A stretch of 64,000 bases of DNA from a virus: positions 1 through 64,000 of IMG/VR virus record IMGVR_UViG_3300045988_010311; one strand, 5' to 3'. Shown one piece after another: positions 20,244 to 30,954 of this stretch; position 1 is the stretch's first letter, and each line of letters opens with the position of its first letter. The notes under the pieces are model-generated. The model had not been told where the DNA came from. It made no database searches and saw only the letters and a list, made by a program, of their open reading frames with translations. The position numbers and the translations under genes were made by a program.

Positions 20244-22407
20244 AAGTAGTCCCTCCCTTTTTCTTTAATTTACCACCATTCTTTTTACTATTACCTTTAT
20301 AACCTACTCTACCTATCCCAGATAGATTATAGTATAAGGCAGGATTGCTATTAATCCATTCTCTCTGATAATCCTCCCATCCTATATTACCAAGGTTATT
20401 TATAAAATTATTAAGATTACTAGACCTTCTTGTATCATAGGCACTTTTGGCAGCACTTCTTAATTTAGCTACCTCCTCTGCTTGAGCCAGTCTCATCTTA
20501 GTAGCATCATTCCTAGATTGTGCATTAACTGACTGTGCTTGCATACTTTGTTTAGAGTTGAACATATCAGTCTGTCTGTTAAAGTCAGCTACTTTTTCTC
20601 TCTGAGCTTGGTTATACTCCTCTGCTTGTCTAGCCAATTTACCTAAGTTCTCACCATAGTTATAGCCTGCCGCCAATATGCCAGCTAGAGCTGCTGCTCT
20701 ATTACCACCAGAAGTATTCTGTATAGCTCTTCTACCAGCAGCAGTATTCTTATTCAACTGATTGATATAGAACATTCTGTCTAGTGGTTTATATGATAAG
20801 TACTGACCAATAGGGTCTGCACTTACAAGAGCTGGTTGAATATCTACTGATGCTATTCTATTAGCAGCACTATAATCAGGTTTACTAAATAAATCTGTGA
20901 ATGCAGATATACCTGACATAAATGCAGGTGCAAACCTTAGATATGACAGATTAGACTTATCACCTGTAGTAGCACCCTTCTTAGCAGCTCTAGTGATAGC
21001 ATCATCTATCTCCTCACTAGTACCTGTAAGAGGTATTGCACTGCCATCTATGCCTAAGTTAATCATCCTCTCTAGCTGCTCATAAGATATAGGAGAAGCT
21101 AGTGTACCATAGTCCATATAGTTGTCATCTGGTCCATCACCATCATACCTCTTACCTAACTTTCCTCCTTTAGCATATCTATTCATTTGTCTGCCCTCAT
21201 TCTTAATTCTTACCTCTTCCTGACCATTAGCCAAAGCACTCATAAATGCCTGTAATCCTCTTTTACTTATGGGGTCATTGGGTCTTTCCTCACTCTCCCT
21301 ACTTAGTTCTTTAGCTGCATCAGCAAAGGTCTCACCCTTAATATTATACTTCTCTTTGAGCTTCTTGGGTAACTTCATTCTATCACTGAATACATAGTCA
21401 TTGAAGATTACCTCTCCCTCCTCTACCAGATTAGGTACTCCTTGTGGGTCAATACCCATCTGTACTCCCTCAAATGGATTAGCCTCATGTGAGCCACCAT
21501 TATCTATATATGTAAGACCATTAGTAAAGTCTCCGCCTTGAGTATGTAATTCACCACCATCTGCATGTTTCCACTTAGCAGCATTTAATGCAAAGATAGC
21601 CATTTTCTTTTGTGCAGGAGTACCATGTTCCTTGTACCATGTTGATGACTTTCCTGTTCTTTCTTTAAGTGCAGTAAACTTGCCTCTATTCTCTGGTTTA
21701 ATGAATATTCCTCCATCTCCAAATGTATTACCAAAAGGAGACATTACTCCAGTATATCTCATAGTTATTGGACCTCCATCATTAAAAAAGTTACTTTCTA
21801 TGTTAAGGTCATTCTGTGTATCTACATCAGAGGCTCTATTTTCAAAAGACAATAAAGCTCTCTCATTAGCATCAGAAGCCTGCTGATTTAATCTTCTGGC
21901 TCTTCTCTTAGCCTTTTTATTGCCAGTTATCCAACCAGCTATACCACTACCTAAGCCTATAACAGCACCAGCAATAGCTCCTATAGGGCCACCAACAGTA
22001 GCTCCTGTCATGGCTCCCTGGGCAACTCCTCCTATGGTATTCATAGCTCTATTGGCATTACTCCCACCTCTAATATCTTTCCAGCTATAGTTATCTTTTA
22101 GCATGGATAGATGAGACCATTCATTAAGTAAGCTGGCATTATCTGATGCCCCTACTACCATATTGTTCTGTGCCTTAATCTGGTCTTGAATACTAGAAGT
22201 GTCTGCTATCTGGGCATTGTTCATCCCAGCTTGGACAATAGAAGTTACCCCACTACCTATACTACCAATAGTGCCTCCTAGATTTGAGCTATCAAAGGCA
22301 TCATTAGCTACAGCACCTGACTTCTGTATCATATTCATAGATTCTCCTTCCCCATCAAACCTATTATAAGGAAGTCCTATCTTATTTTTAACTTTTCTCT
22401 TAGCCAT
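20236..22407 (-). CDS. internal/ejected virion protein with Gly-rich membrane-active segment (723 aa)
   Basis: Long ORF with its own TAnnTTTG promoter 22 nt upstream. Contains the hydrophobic Gly/Ala run GAMTGATVGGPIGAIAGAVIGLGSGIAGWITG. Confidence 0.55.
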   Translation of the reverse strand: MAKRKVKNKIGLPYNRFDGEGESMNMIQKSGAVANDAFDSSNLGGTIGSIGSGVTSIVQAGMNNAQIADTSSIQDQIKAQNNMVVGASDNASLLNEWSHLSMLKDNYSWKDIRGGSNANRAMNTIGGVAQGAMTGATVGGPIGAIAGAVIGLGSGIAGWITGNKKAKRRARRLNQQASDANERALLSFENRASDVDTQNDLNIESNFFNDGGPITMRYTGVMSPFGNTFGDGGIFIKPENRGKFTALKERTGKSSTWYKEHGTPAQKKMAIFALNAAKWKHADGGELHTQGGDFTNGLTYIDNGGSHEANPFEGVQMGIDPQGVPNLVEEGEVIFNDYVFSDRMKLPKKLKEKYNIKGETFADAAKELSRESEERPNDPISKRGLQAFMSALANGQEEVRIKNEGRQMNRYAKGGKLGKRYDGDGPDDNYMDYGTLASPISYEQLERMINLGIDGSAIPLTGTSEEIDDAITRAAKKGATTGDKSNLSYLRFAPAFMSGISAFTDLFSKPDYSAANRIASVDIQPALVSADPIGQYLSYKPLDRMFYINQLNKNTAAGRRAIQNTSGGNRAAALAGILAAGYNYGENLGKLARQAEEYNQAQREKVADFNRQTDMFNSKQSMQAQSVNAQSRNDATKMRLAQAEEVAKLRSAAKSAYDTRRSSNLNNFINNLGNIGWEDYQREWINSNPALYYNLSGIGRVGYKGNSKKNGGKLKKKGGTTYA

Positions 22408-22429
22408 AGTATAAACTCTATATTTATTG

Positions 22430-22437
22430 CAAAGGTA
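22430..22437 (-). promoter_or_regulatory. Bacteroidota sigma-A type -7 box (TACCTTTG, extended TACCTTTGCA)
   Basis: The reverse complement of caaaggta matches the TAnnTTTG consensus. It lies 22 nt upstream of the ATG at 22407. Confidence 0.7.
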
Positions 22438-22470
22438 GCTAATCTACTTAATATAAACAAGCTTATAATT

Positions 22471-22512
22471 AAAAAAGAAAGGTCAGCCTAATTGAATTAG
22501 TTAGACTGACCT
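22471..22512 (-). terminator. intrinsic terminator after the 1458-aa gene
   Basis: Stem AAGGTCAG/CTGACCTT encloses the inner palindrome CTAATTGAATTAG. On the - strand it is followed by a T-run (plus-strand aaaaaa at 22471-22476). Confidence 0.6.
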
Positions 22513-22518
22513 TATATA

Positions 22519-25500
22519 TTAGACAAAGTAGTGTACTATCATATCGTGGAATTCCATTCTATCAGTATTCTCCTTGTTCATTGATAGCTTGACATAGGCC
22601 CAGGTGTTCCTTATTCTATCCATCTTGTTGGCTTTGATACCATTCCAGTCTGTATTAGCTCTAGGAACATTAGCTCTCCATATTCTGAACTTCTTCTTCA
22701 ATGGTGATGGCTTAGCTGCCAGACTGGTCAAGCTGGATACTCCCTTCTGATATTCATTCCATACCTCAAGAGTATCAAAAGTATGACCACTTGCAAGTAC
22801 TTCTTTTCCTGAGGTATTCTTAGTCCAACAGTCAGCTCTGAACTCTACAGTATTGAATATCTTATCATAAGGCTCATCAGAATTAGATACAAAGGTTACA
22901 CTATATGGATGGTAATGACCAAAGAACATATTGTAGTCTCCTGCAAACTGTTCCCATATATTATTATCTTTTATAGCATAGAAATCATTGTTAATATTGA
23001 ACATTGCAGGTACTTGACCATAACTCATAAATGATGTAAACTGGCCCAGCAACTCTGAATAAACCAATGCTGTATCTTTATTTACAAAGTATACATCATT
23101 ATTATTCTTATCATAGAAGGTAACAAAGTTATTGAAACCTACGGGATTCCATATATCAAGGCTATTATTTCCACCTAACCATTGTCTGAATCCTAATCTA
23201 TCAGAAAGAGATTCTATTTTACTATCAAACAGATATATACTATTGGTTATATTATCTATAAAATATAATCCAGAAGGAGTTTCTGTTATAGACCATTTGT
23301 TGTTACATCCTATACTATTGCTTATATACCTCTTACCACTTACTTTGAGTCCATTTGATATTTCAATAGGGACACCATCAGAAGTAGGAATCTGTACTCT
23401 GGAATTAAACAATATATTACTTAGCCCCTGTTTCTGAAAACAGTATATCTCATTATTAAATGTATTTAATGACACTACTTCTCCCTTATCACCATCTAAA
23501 TCAAGAGTTGAGGCCATAGTAATATTAGTCCAAGTATCTACTAAAGATGCTGCCTGCTTCTCTTTAGTCCAAGTTATAGTATTAGGAAAACTATTCAAGC
23601 TAAACTTATTATAGTCAAGTGCTTTGGCTGTAAAGAAGTTATTACTCTGATTATATACAGGATTAAATTTATTGAAGTTTGACCTGTTCATAGCCAGATT
23701 ACTTGTCTGGCCTCTGTTTCTATCATACCTGCCATCAATGTTTATTCTTGTTTCACAATAGAATGAAGGTATTTCAACTATACTATTCTTGTCTTCAAGG
23801 GTATAAGGATAAGTTTTGAGGCAGTCATATCTCTGATAATAAGTATCTCCTTCAGTATAATATACATTTATAGGCTCTGCAACTGGTATTGGAGTATCTC
23901 CATTATATCCTGTAATTAATGATATTGGTTTTCCTGCTGGTATCCATATGTTACTGTCTATTGCAGATTCTGGACTACCCCCGAATCTATTTGATACATT
24001 ATCCCTATATAATTCTGCTATCCATGAATATCCAAAATAGGGCTTCTGCATTTCATAAGTACCATCACCAAATTCAATATATCCCTGTTGTATTCTCTTA
24101 CAATCTTTATCCCAGGGTACTATTTCAGTACTTGTCAAATCTCCTCCAACATAGTTGAATATATGTTCTGGAGAATAGGCACTACCTATTTTCTTTAATG
24201 TAGGGAGAATTATTTGATTGTGCTTACTGCTGTCATTTTCATTTTTCTTATAATTAAAGGCTATCACTACATGTGGTGAGGACTTATATTTAATATTTAC
24301 AGGGTCAACACCATAAGTATATTTTATATTCTTTTCTGCAACTATAAGATACTTGCCACTTTGCAGACATCTTAATGGTACAGGAGGGCTTACAAAATAA
24401 TTATGCAGTTTTATCTTCTTAGCATCAGTAGCATCACTCAGATTATTAAAATCAAGACCTACAATAATAGGATACCCATGTTCCTTATTAAGCTTTACAT
24501 TCTTGACTATATTTACAAACTCAGTTTCAAATCCTGCTCCAACAGGAGGAGTATATTCATACTCTACAGAATCTCTTGTAGGTACTATTATTCTGTCAAC
24601 ATTACCATAATAGTTTATATCATCCAATCCTGAATTTGCTGGTGCTTTTATCTTTATCATTGTCTTTTCATCAGAATCAAACAATGCTGCACCAGAAATA
24701 CCTTCAGGGGGATACCATATCTTATTATTAGGCAAGTAATCTGTGAAGCCAGCAAATTTAAGATTTGACATTTTTTTCTTATTTAGAACAGCTGACCTTG
24801 TATTACCTTGTGTTGCCGATATGTCATTATTCAATGAGCCTTCCCTATGCCAAGGATAAACTAAAAAGGACATATCCTTTATTTTTGCTGTCTCATCATA
24901 ACTACATACTTCATCATAATAATACATACCAGATATAAGACTCTTAGTACCATTCTGGGATATGTTCTTTACTCCTACATTCTCTTTATATACCCCAGGC
25001 ATATCAGGACTGTTCTGTGGAGTAGTAGTCTGTATATCTATATCTGAAGCATTTGCAGTATATACAGCTCTTCCTACAATCCTAAACTTTACATCAGATA
25101 AATCAAGATTTGATATAGAAGTATCAAATTCTATTTCAGGAGAATGGAAAGTAACTATAGATTGGTCTATGAAGAAGTACTCTTTGTTCTTACTAATCCA
25201 CCCAGGTAATACATTATCAGATACATCTGATGTATAAGGATTACTAGGTACATTAGCCAAGCATTGTATTTCTGCATTTCTACTCCAATTATCTGGTATA
25301 GGATAATTATGTCTGAACTCTGCCCAAGCTCCCATATTGACTATATCATAATACTTACCCTCTATAGTATGATTATAGTTATACCAAGTAGTATTCCAAT
25401 CATCTATAAGATTCTTAGCCATAGTATCATCTACACCAAGATTAGGTCTTGTAAACCAAGATGCCTGTGCAAATGGTGAATTACTGCACCTGTCCTCCAT

Positions 25501-26895
25501 ATTATATACAGTAGGGCATACAATACCTTGAGCTATTACTTCCCTGTCATTTATAGTAGGAGGGACCATTATACCTCTTACTTTGACAAAGCCTTCTTCA
25601 ATAGCTATATCAATCAAATCCTTTTCTAAGGTTAACTGGGCTTGTACTACTTCTATAGGAGTTGGAGTAACAGACTCATTCTGTATATCTTTTACAAAGA
25701 ATGCTTCAGACCATTTACCATCCCTTCTCTGAAACTGTAAACCAAACCTATACCAATCAAGATGCTTGAATCCTCTTATATCAGGATTTGATAAGTGATT
25801 ATTATAAGAATAATACCCAGTAAGGCTATTATCATATTCAATCTTTCTTTTATTGAATATTATATCTTTACCTTTTAATTTTCTTGCAAATTCCCTTGAG
25901 GGAGAGTTCTTCAAAGTTATATTACCTAGAAACAATGTACTGTCTTTACTTGTCATTGTCTTAGGTATTATCTCTTCTCCTCCTATATAAAGTAACTCTG
26001 TAGGGTCTATAGTAACTCCTGTAGTGCCTGTATCAGTATATTCTATTGTAGTATTGTTTATAGTTATATCTGCAACATTGGTTACTGTAGGAACAGCATC
26101 TATTGAAGTTCTATGTATTGAGTATATTCTTAAAAAGTCAAAAGAATCATCTACTCCTGTTAGCTTTATCTTGAAGCTATTACTTATCTTGTCTTCTGGA
26201 CTTGCACCTCTGTCTTTATAAGATATATAGTTTATAGGAGTAGTATAGAATATATTACTCTCCTGACCATATAGATTATAATAAGAAAAAGCATATTGTA
26301 TTATTCCTGCTGCAAAAGTACCTCCAAACCCAAGTCTTTGTACTGAAACCTCTTCCTGTAATTTAAGTTTCTGTATAAAGTCAAAAGAATTGTCATCCCA
26401 TTTATCTCTTACTTCTTTCTTTGAAGTAATATTTATTACTCTTGCTTGATTCTTCCCATCAATCCAATATACTTTTTGAATATCGTTATTCTCAAATACA
26501 CCAAGGCTTTCAATAGGATTAGATACATCAAACTTAAGATTACCTTTATATAGGACAATACATTCAAAGTATTTCCCTTCAGTATCCTCTTTCTTAGTAA
26601 GTCTATATATTGTATCTTCCTGTTTGTTTTCTTTAATGTCAGTAGTAAATAGTGTAACATATTCATTAAGTACATTATACCCTATTACAGTACCATTGAT
26701 ACCTGTAACATCTTTATTAGCATCCTTTAAGATAATCTCATAGTTACCTTTCTCATTAGTTATAGACAAGAGAGTATTATGGTCTCTTGCGGTTATTCTT
26801 ATGTTCTGAGCATCAAAGGCAAACTCAGAGCTGAACTTACTTACTGTAAGGTCTCTTTGTATGCCTTTGATAGTGTGTGTAGAAGACTTTATCAT
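22519..26895 (-). CDS. large tail structural protein (muzzle/hub-type position in crAss-like gene order), 1458 aa
   Basis: Uninterrupted 1458-aa ORF that looks beta-rich (Asn/Tyr/Ser-rich). It lies between the neck genes and the ejected-protein genes, as in the crAss001-type order. No diagnostic motif was seen. Confidence 0.5.
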   Translation of the reverse strand: MIKSSTHTIKGIQRDLTVSKFSSEFAFDAQNIRITARDHNTLLSITNEKGNYEIILKDANKDVTGINGTVIGYNVLNEYVTLFTTDIKENKQEDTIYRLTKKEDTEGKYFECIVLYKGNLKFDVSNPIESLGVFENNDIQKVYWIDGKNQARVINITSKKEVRDKWDDNSFDFIQKLKLQEEVSVQRLGFGGTFAAGIIQYAFSYYNLYGQESNIFYTTPINYISYKDRGASPEDKISNSFKIKLTGVDDSFDFLRIYSIHRTSIDAVPTVTNVADITINNTTIEYTDTGTTGVTIDPTELLYIGGEEIIPKTMTSKDSTLFLGNITLKNSPSREFARKLKGKDIIFNKRKIEYDNSLTGYYSYNNHLSNPDIRGFKHLDWYRFGLQFQRRDGKWSEAFFVKDIQNESVTPTPIEVVQAQLTLEKDLIDIAIEEGFVKVRGIMVPPTINDREVIAQGIVCPTVYNMEDRCSNSPFAQASWFTRPNLGVDDTMAKNLIDDWNTTWYNYNHTIEGKYYDIVNMGAWAEFRHNYPIPDNWSRNAEIQCLANVPSNPYTSDVSDNVLPGWISKNKEYFFIDQSIVTFHSPEIEFDTSISNLDLSDVKFRIVGRAVYTANASDIDIQTTTPQNSPDMPGVYKENVGVKNISQNGTKSLISGMYYYDEVCSYDETAKIKDMSFLVYPWHREGSLNNDISATQGNTRSAVLNKKKMSNLKFAGFTDYLPNNKIWYPPEGISGAALFDSDEKTMIKIKAPANSGLDDINYYGNVDRIIVPTRDSVEYEYTPPVGAGFETEFVNIVKNVKLNKEHGYPIIVGLDFNNLSDATDAKKIKLHNYFVSPPVPLRCLQSGKYLIVAEKNIKYTYGVDPVNIKYKSSPHVVIAFNYKKNENDSSKHNQIILPTLKKIGSAYSPEHIFNYVGGDLTSTEIVPWDKDCKRIQQGYIEFGDGTYEMQKPYFGYSWIAELYRDNVSNRFGGSPESAIDSNIWIPAGKPISLITGYNGDTPIPVAEPINVYYTEGDTYYQRYDCLKTYPYTLEDKNSIVEIPSFYCETRINIDGRYDRNRGQTSNLAMNRSNFNKFNPVYNQSNNFFTAKALDYNKFSLNSFPNTITWTKEKQAASLVDTWTNITMASTLDLDGDKGEVVSLNTFNNEIYCFQKQGLSNILFNSRVQIPTSDGVPIEISNGLKVSGKRYISNSIGCNNKWSITETPSGLYFIDNITNSIYLFDSKIESLSDRLGFRQWLGGNNSLDIWNPVGFNNFVTFYDKNNNDVYFVNKDTALVYSELLGQFTSFMSYGQVPAMFNINNDFYAIKDNNIWEQFAGDYNMFFGHYHPYSVTFVSNSDEPYDKIFNTVEFRADCWTKNTSGKEVLASGHTFDTLEVWNEYQKGVSSLTSLAAKPSPLKKKFRIWRANVPRANTDWNGIKANKMDRIRNTWAYVKLSMNKENTDRMEFHDMIVHYFV

Positions 26896-26896
26896 A

Positions 26897-27583
26897 TCAT
26901 TGCATCTTTATATATTCCCTATCCCCCATATGTCTGAATGACTTGTTGAACTCATTGACTCTAGGTATAAGGGTATTATACATTCTTGTAAATGCCTCCA
27001 TCTCTGATACACTAGGTATCATAAACTCATTGTTACATTGACCAGCCTTGAAAGCATACTCCTGTTGGGTGTTCTGTAGCACAGCAGGACTAATCTTTCC
27101 CATATCAAACAGGATGGTAAACCATTCCTTCTTTATGTATAGCTCCAGAGTCTTTAGGAACACTGGATTATCTGGAAGCAAAGGTAATCCGCCATCATCA
27201 GTAGGGATAGCCTTGTAACTAAGCTCTATGTCTCCTGTCTTGAAGGAGGTGAATATTACAGAGCCTTGAGTTTTGAATGACAGCTCACCCTTATCCTCTG
27301 AGTGAGTACCATTGAAGTTATCAGTCATAGCTCTCAAACATACACCATTCCTGGCTAATCTTACCTGGTTTATAGCAATCAGGTCACAAGGTAAGATACC
27401 TCTAAAGTTATCTATACATATTGTAGTTACCTTATCTGCATAGATATTAGGTAATCCCATAGCAGCAAAGAAATCTAAAGTGTATTGTATAGCTGCTTCT
27501 GTTGACAAATCCTGTAGTAGTGGATGTCTTAGAAGTCTTGATAAAACCTCTTTTATAGATATATAATTAAATTCACTTACCAT
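26897..27583 (-). CDS. virion-module protein, function unknown (228 aa)
   Basis: ATG ORF. Its stop is 1 nt from the next start, and it overlaps the upstream gene by 11 nt. Confidence 0.55.
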   Translation of the reverse strand: MVSEFNYISIKEVLSRLLRHPLLQDLSTEAAIQYTLDFFAAMGLPNIYADKVTTICIDNFRGILPCDLIAINQVRLARNGVCLRAMTDNFNGTHSEDKGELSFKTQGSVIFTSFKTGDIELSYKAIPTDDGGLPLLPDNPVFLKTLELYIKKEWFTILFDMGKISPAVLQNTQQEYAFKAGQCNNEFMIPSVSEMEAFTRMYNTLIPRVNEFNKSFRHMGDREYIKMQ

Positions 27584-28133
27584 ACCTATCTCTCCTTCCT
27601 ATAAGAAGAGCATCTATGATGCCCTGTTTAATATTATGCTTAAGTCTCAGTCTTAAGTCTTTATTGAAGACCAGCTCATAGAAAGACCTATTGTTGAAGT
27701 TAACATCTTCTTTGTTATAGAGTACCTTATATATCTCCTGCTCATCAAGTCTTAACAGAGTCTTGTCTTTATATGCTTCCTCATCTTCATACCATAGCTT
27801 AAGAGTATTGTCCCAGTCTATAGGAAGGTTAGTCTTGACCTTGCCATTCTCATCTATTCTGACTGACTTCTCATACTTCCTTACTTCTATAGTACCCATT
27901 CTATGGGGTAGCTTAACCTCATTACCTGTCACTATATCATCAACAAGCAAGTTATTTATTTGCCTAATAATAGCAAAGTACTGTGACTCTGACAGTACAT
28001 ACTTCTTATCATCAGGCTTGTTCTTTCTATAGTATTTATAGCCATCATATACACCAAGACTGTTCCTTATCTTATGTTCTCTAGGCATACTGGCTCTTCT
28101 TACTCTTTTCTTAAACTCTATAAGACTCTCCAT
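27573..28133 (-). CDS. virion-module protein, function unknown (186 aa)
   Basis: ATG ORF with a 1-nt start/stop overlap with the upstream gene at 28133. Confidence 0.55.
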   Translation of the reverse strand: MESLIEFKKRVRRASMPREHKIRNSLGVYDGYKYYRKNKPDDKKYVLSESQYFAIIRQINNLLVDDIVTGNEVKLPHRMGTIEVRKYEKSVRIDENGKVKTNLPIDWDNTLKLWYEDEEAYKDKTLLRLDEQEIYKVLYNKEDVNFNNRSFYELVFNKDLRLRLKHNIKQGIIDALLIGRRDRYGK

Positions 28134-28855
28134 TACTCCAGTTGTTTAGCAAGGTTTGATTTAGAGTTTCTCCTCACAAAGTCTGCCAATGTAGCAAAAT
28201 CATCCTTAGCATTATTCTCATCATCTTCAGGAGTATAAGAAGCACTCCTTAATTCCTTCACTACCATTTGAATTAACTCTGGAATTAAAGGCTCTTCTAT
28301 AGGAAACTCCTTATCAAGTAAATCACAGGTATCATCACTATTATCACATGACAGCTCAGACATCTTTTCAGCATCCTCAAAAATAGCAGAGAATCTTACC
28401 TTTTCTAAATATAGGTATTGAGGATTCCATGACTTGAAGTACAGATAACCATCAGGTGCTATAGAACAGTAGATGATATTCTTCATCCACTTATTATAGC
28501 CTACATATCTCATCCTGTCTCTGCTTATATATGTTATCTCACCTTGATAGTAATCTATAGGATATACCCTAGGATTACCTACCATTAGAGTAACAGGTAT
28601 TTTATCTTTACTCCTCAAGTATGAGCCTCCTTCACATACTTCACCACTAATAGCTGGAACCTCTATAAGGTCTAAGCATATAGTCTGATAGTTACTCTCT
28701 GGTATCTGTCTTCTTATATCTGAATATCTTTGCTTTAATAATAGTGCTCTATATTTGCCTAATAGAAAAGCAATGTGCTCCTCTGTATAAGTGAAATCAT
28801 CTGATGAGCCTTTTATCTCATCAAGAACCATGTATATAGCTTCTCTCCACTTCAT
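28133..28855 (-). CDS. virion-module protein, function unknown (240 aa from the ATG)
   Basis: The track start at 28897 is TTG and overlaps the promoter box at 28887-28894. The first ATG (MKWREAIY) is at 28855. Confidence 0.55.
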   Translation of the reverse strand: MKWREAIYMVLDEIKGSSDDFTYTEEHIAFLLGKYRALLLKQRYSDIRRQIPESNYQTICLDLIEVPAISGEVCEGGSYLRSKDKIPVTLMVGNPRVYPIDYYQGEITYISRDRMRYVGYNKWMKNIIYCSIAPDGYLYFKSWNPQYLYLEKVRFSAIFEDAEKMSELSCDNSDDTCDLLDKEFPIEEPLIPELIQMVVKELRSASYTPEDDENNAKDDFATLADFVRRNSKSNLAKQLE

Positions 28856-28886
28856 TATATCTGTATATAAATAATTAAACCTATTG

Positions 28887-28894
28887 CAAAGATA
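28887..28894 (-). promoter_or_regulatory. Bacteroidota-type -7 box (TATCTTTG + CA)
   Basis: The reverse complement of caaagata matches the consensus. It lies 31 nt upstream of the ATG at 28855. Confidence 0.65.
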
Positions 28895-28933
28895 CAAATT
28901 ATATTATATCCCCGCAATAGGTTAAATAGTTTA

Positions 28934-29278
28934 TTATTCATTTACTAACCTAAGTAGTTCATCCTCACTGAATCTTAGTATATCATCCTCAGTTATTCTA
29001 GGAGTGACATCATTCAGTGCCTGAACTAATGAGGTATTTACTATAAATTCTGGATAAGGTATAAGACAAGTAGAGCCAAATAGACAGTATAGTATATTAG
29101 TTATTGCCTTATAATCTTCCTCACTAATGTATATACTTAAGGAACTTCTTAGTAATTCCTCTATGAACAATAGGACCAGCAGTTTGTTTACTTCTTTATA
29201 CTCTTTGTACCCGAAGGTTGACAAAGCCTTAAAATAATTGCTGACCCCAGTATAAGCCATATTATCAAGTCCATCCAT
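28934..29278 (-). CDS. small virion-module protein (114 aa)
   Basis: ATG ORF overlapping the upstream gene by 14 nt, within the structural operon. Confidence 0.5.
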   Translation of the reverse strand: MDGLDNMAYTGVSNYFKALSTFGYKEYKEVNKLLVLLFIEELLRSSLSIYISEEDYKAITNILYCLFGSTCLIPYPEFIVNTSLVQALNDVTPRITEDDILRFSEDELLRLVNE

Positions 29279-29864
29279 GACATCTGCATCCAGTATTTAT
29301 ATTTTTACTTTTAACTCCCCTAAAGAACTTATCCCAATACTTGATAGCTTGTGCATAGTGACCTGTCCTTATGCTTAACTCAAGTGCCTTGAATCTGAGT
29401 AAGGCATCTATGAAGTTCTTTGGTATCTCACATTCATTATTTACCTCCTTTATATATCCAATCATAGACTGATATATAGGATATAAGTTACATACTACTC
29501 CAAGAGTAGTAGTATTATCCATACCACAAGGAGTATCAGGAGAAGGAGTACCCTTAACTATAACATATACAAAGAACAAAGTATCATTTATGACTACTCC
29601 CAAATCCTTACTATCCAGCTCAAGTCTTATTCTCTTAGGCTTAACATTATTGTCTATAGTCACCAGGGACTCTACAGATGGAGTATCTACCTCATACTTA
29701 TATATAGGCTTTGTACTTACACCATTCTCTATATAAGTATCTTGGGAATCTATAGCTACAGCATCAATATAGACATCCTTATAATAATCTAAATTCTTAA
29801 CAGAAGCATCTATTACAAGTTTACTGCCATCAAGAGAAACCCTTAGTTCATTAAAATCTACCAT
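29265..29864 (-). CDS. virion-module protein, function unknown (199 aa)
   Basis: ATG ORF and the first gene after the terminator at 29888-29915. Confidence 0.55.
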   Translation of the reverse strand: MVDFNELRVSLDGSKLVIDASVKNLDYYKDVYIDAVAIDSQDTYIENGVSTKPIYKYEVDTPSVESLVTIDNNVKPKRIRLELDSKDLGVVINDTLFFVYVIVKGTPSPDTPCGMDNTTTLGVVCNLYPIYQSMIGYIKEVNNECEIPKNFIDALLRFKALELSIRTGHYAQAIKYWDKFFRGVKSKNINTGCRCHGWT

Positions 29865-29887
29865 ACTTAAAACATTAAAGGGTTAAT

Positions 29888-29915
29888 AAAAAAGGGAGTA
29901 TTGAATATACTCCCT
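29888..29915 (-). terminator. intrinsic terminator after the 333-aa gene
   Basis: Stem AGGGAGTAT/ATACTCCCT with a 5-nt loop. A T-run follows on the - strand (plus-strand aaaaa at 29888-29892). Confidence 0.75.
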
Positions 29916-29930
29916 ATACTTAAGTTCCCT

Positions 29931-30932
29931 TTAAGCCCAAGCAGCTATTTGCTTGTCTGTAGGCAACTTTGCATTTACAGCAGTGATAAGAGCCTTCATT
30001 GCAGTATGACTGCCATCATCAACACAAACTAGTGTAATATCCTTCTCAGACTTCTGTACACTCTCATTACTGTCAGTGAAAGCATAGTGAATGTCAAGAG
30101 TATCATACTTAGCTGTTGGGTCTACTAGATAAGCAGTCTTGATAATATTAGGATAGCCCATCATTCTATAGTGGTCTCCTCTAGCACCCATACAGAAGTA
30201 CTCAAGGTCAGCAATATTATGACCATTATCTACATAATGTGCAGGAGTGGCCTTTTCTACCTTACCCCAGATGTAATCATCTCCATTGTAAGTAATCTCC
30301 ATAGGCTGCACATCAAACTTAATGTACTCTTGGGGCATAGTACCAAGTTCCCAACTCTGGATAGCCTCCTCAAGGATAACCCCAGTGTATGTGCCTGTCA
30401 AGTCAGCAGCCTTAGTAGCCTTCTTGACCTCTGTCTCTGAGCTTTCATCCTTTAGATATACAGTAAGTAGAGGTGTAGTATCTCTGGATACACTGGCTAC
30501 TATAGACAATGCCATAGCCTTGTAGAAATCAGATGCTGACATATTGGCACCTGCCTTCACATAGCCATACTTCTGGTTTGTGTCTTCCTCACCAAGACCT
30601 ATATACTGACTGAATACTATTCTTGTAATATACTCCTCTCCAGCCACAGGAGCATCTGATACACCACCATCAAGAGTAAGAAGTACTCTCTTCAAAGGAT
30701 GTCTCAGTGCATCAGACTTAGTAGCACTGACACTTATAATCTTACTGGTGTCAATGATGTCACTTCTAACTATACCTCCAGGTGACATGTATTGAAAATA
30801 CAAATGAGTCTTTGCTGTATCTCCCTTGGGTAGGATAGAGCCTGCTGCATCTGTAGCAAGAAGATTAGCTCCAGTCTTCAAGGTCTTTGCTACATACAGA
30901 TGTCTTACTTGATTGATACTAAAATTAGCCAT
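29931..30932 (-). CDS. probably abundant virion protein (333 aa), exact role unknown
   Basis: ATG ORF that is the last gene of its operon, directly followed by a strong terminator. Confidence 0.55.
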   Translation of the reverse strand: MANFSINQVRHLYVAKTLKTGANLLATDAAGSILPKGDTAKTHLYFQYMSPGGIVRSDIIDTSKIISVSATKSDALRHPLKRVLLTLDGGVSDAPVAGEEYITRIVFSQYIGLGEEDTNQKYGYVKAGANMSASDFYKAMALSIVASVSRDTTPLLTVYLKDESSETEVKKATKAADLTGTYTGVILEEAIQSWELGTMPQEYIKFDVQPMEITYNGDDYIWGKVEKATPAHYVDNGHNIADLEYFCMGARGDHYRMMGYPNIIKTAYLVDPTAKYDTLDIHYAFTDSNESVQKSEKDITLVCVDDGSHTAMKALITAVNAKLPTDKQIAAWA

Positions 30933-30954
30933 TTCTTAAATAGTTTAATTAAAC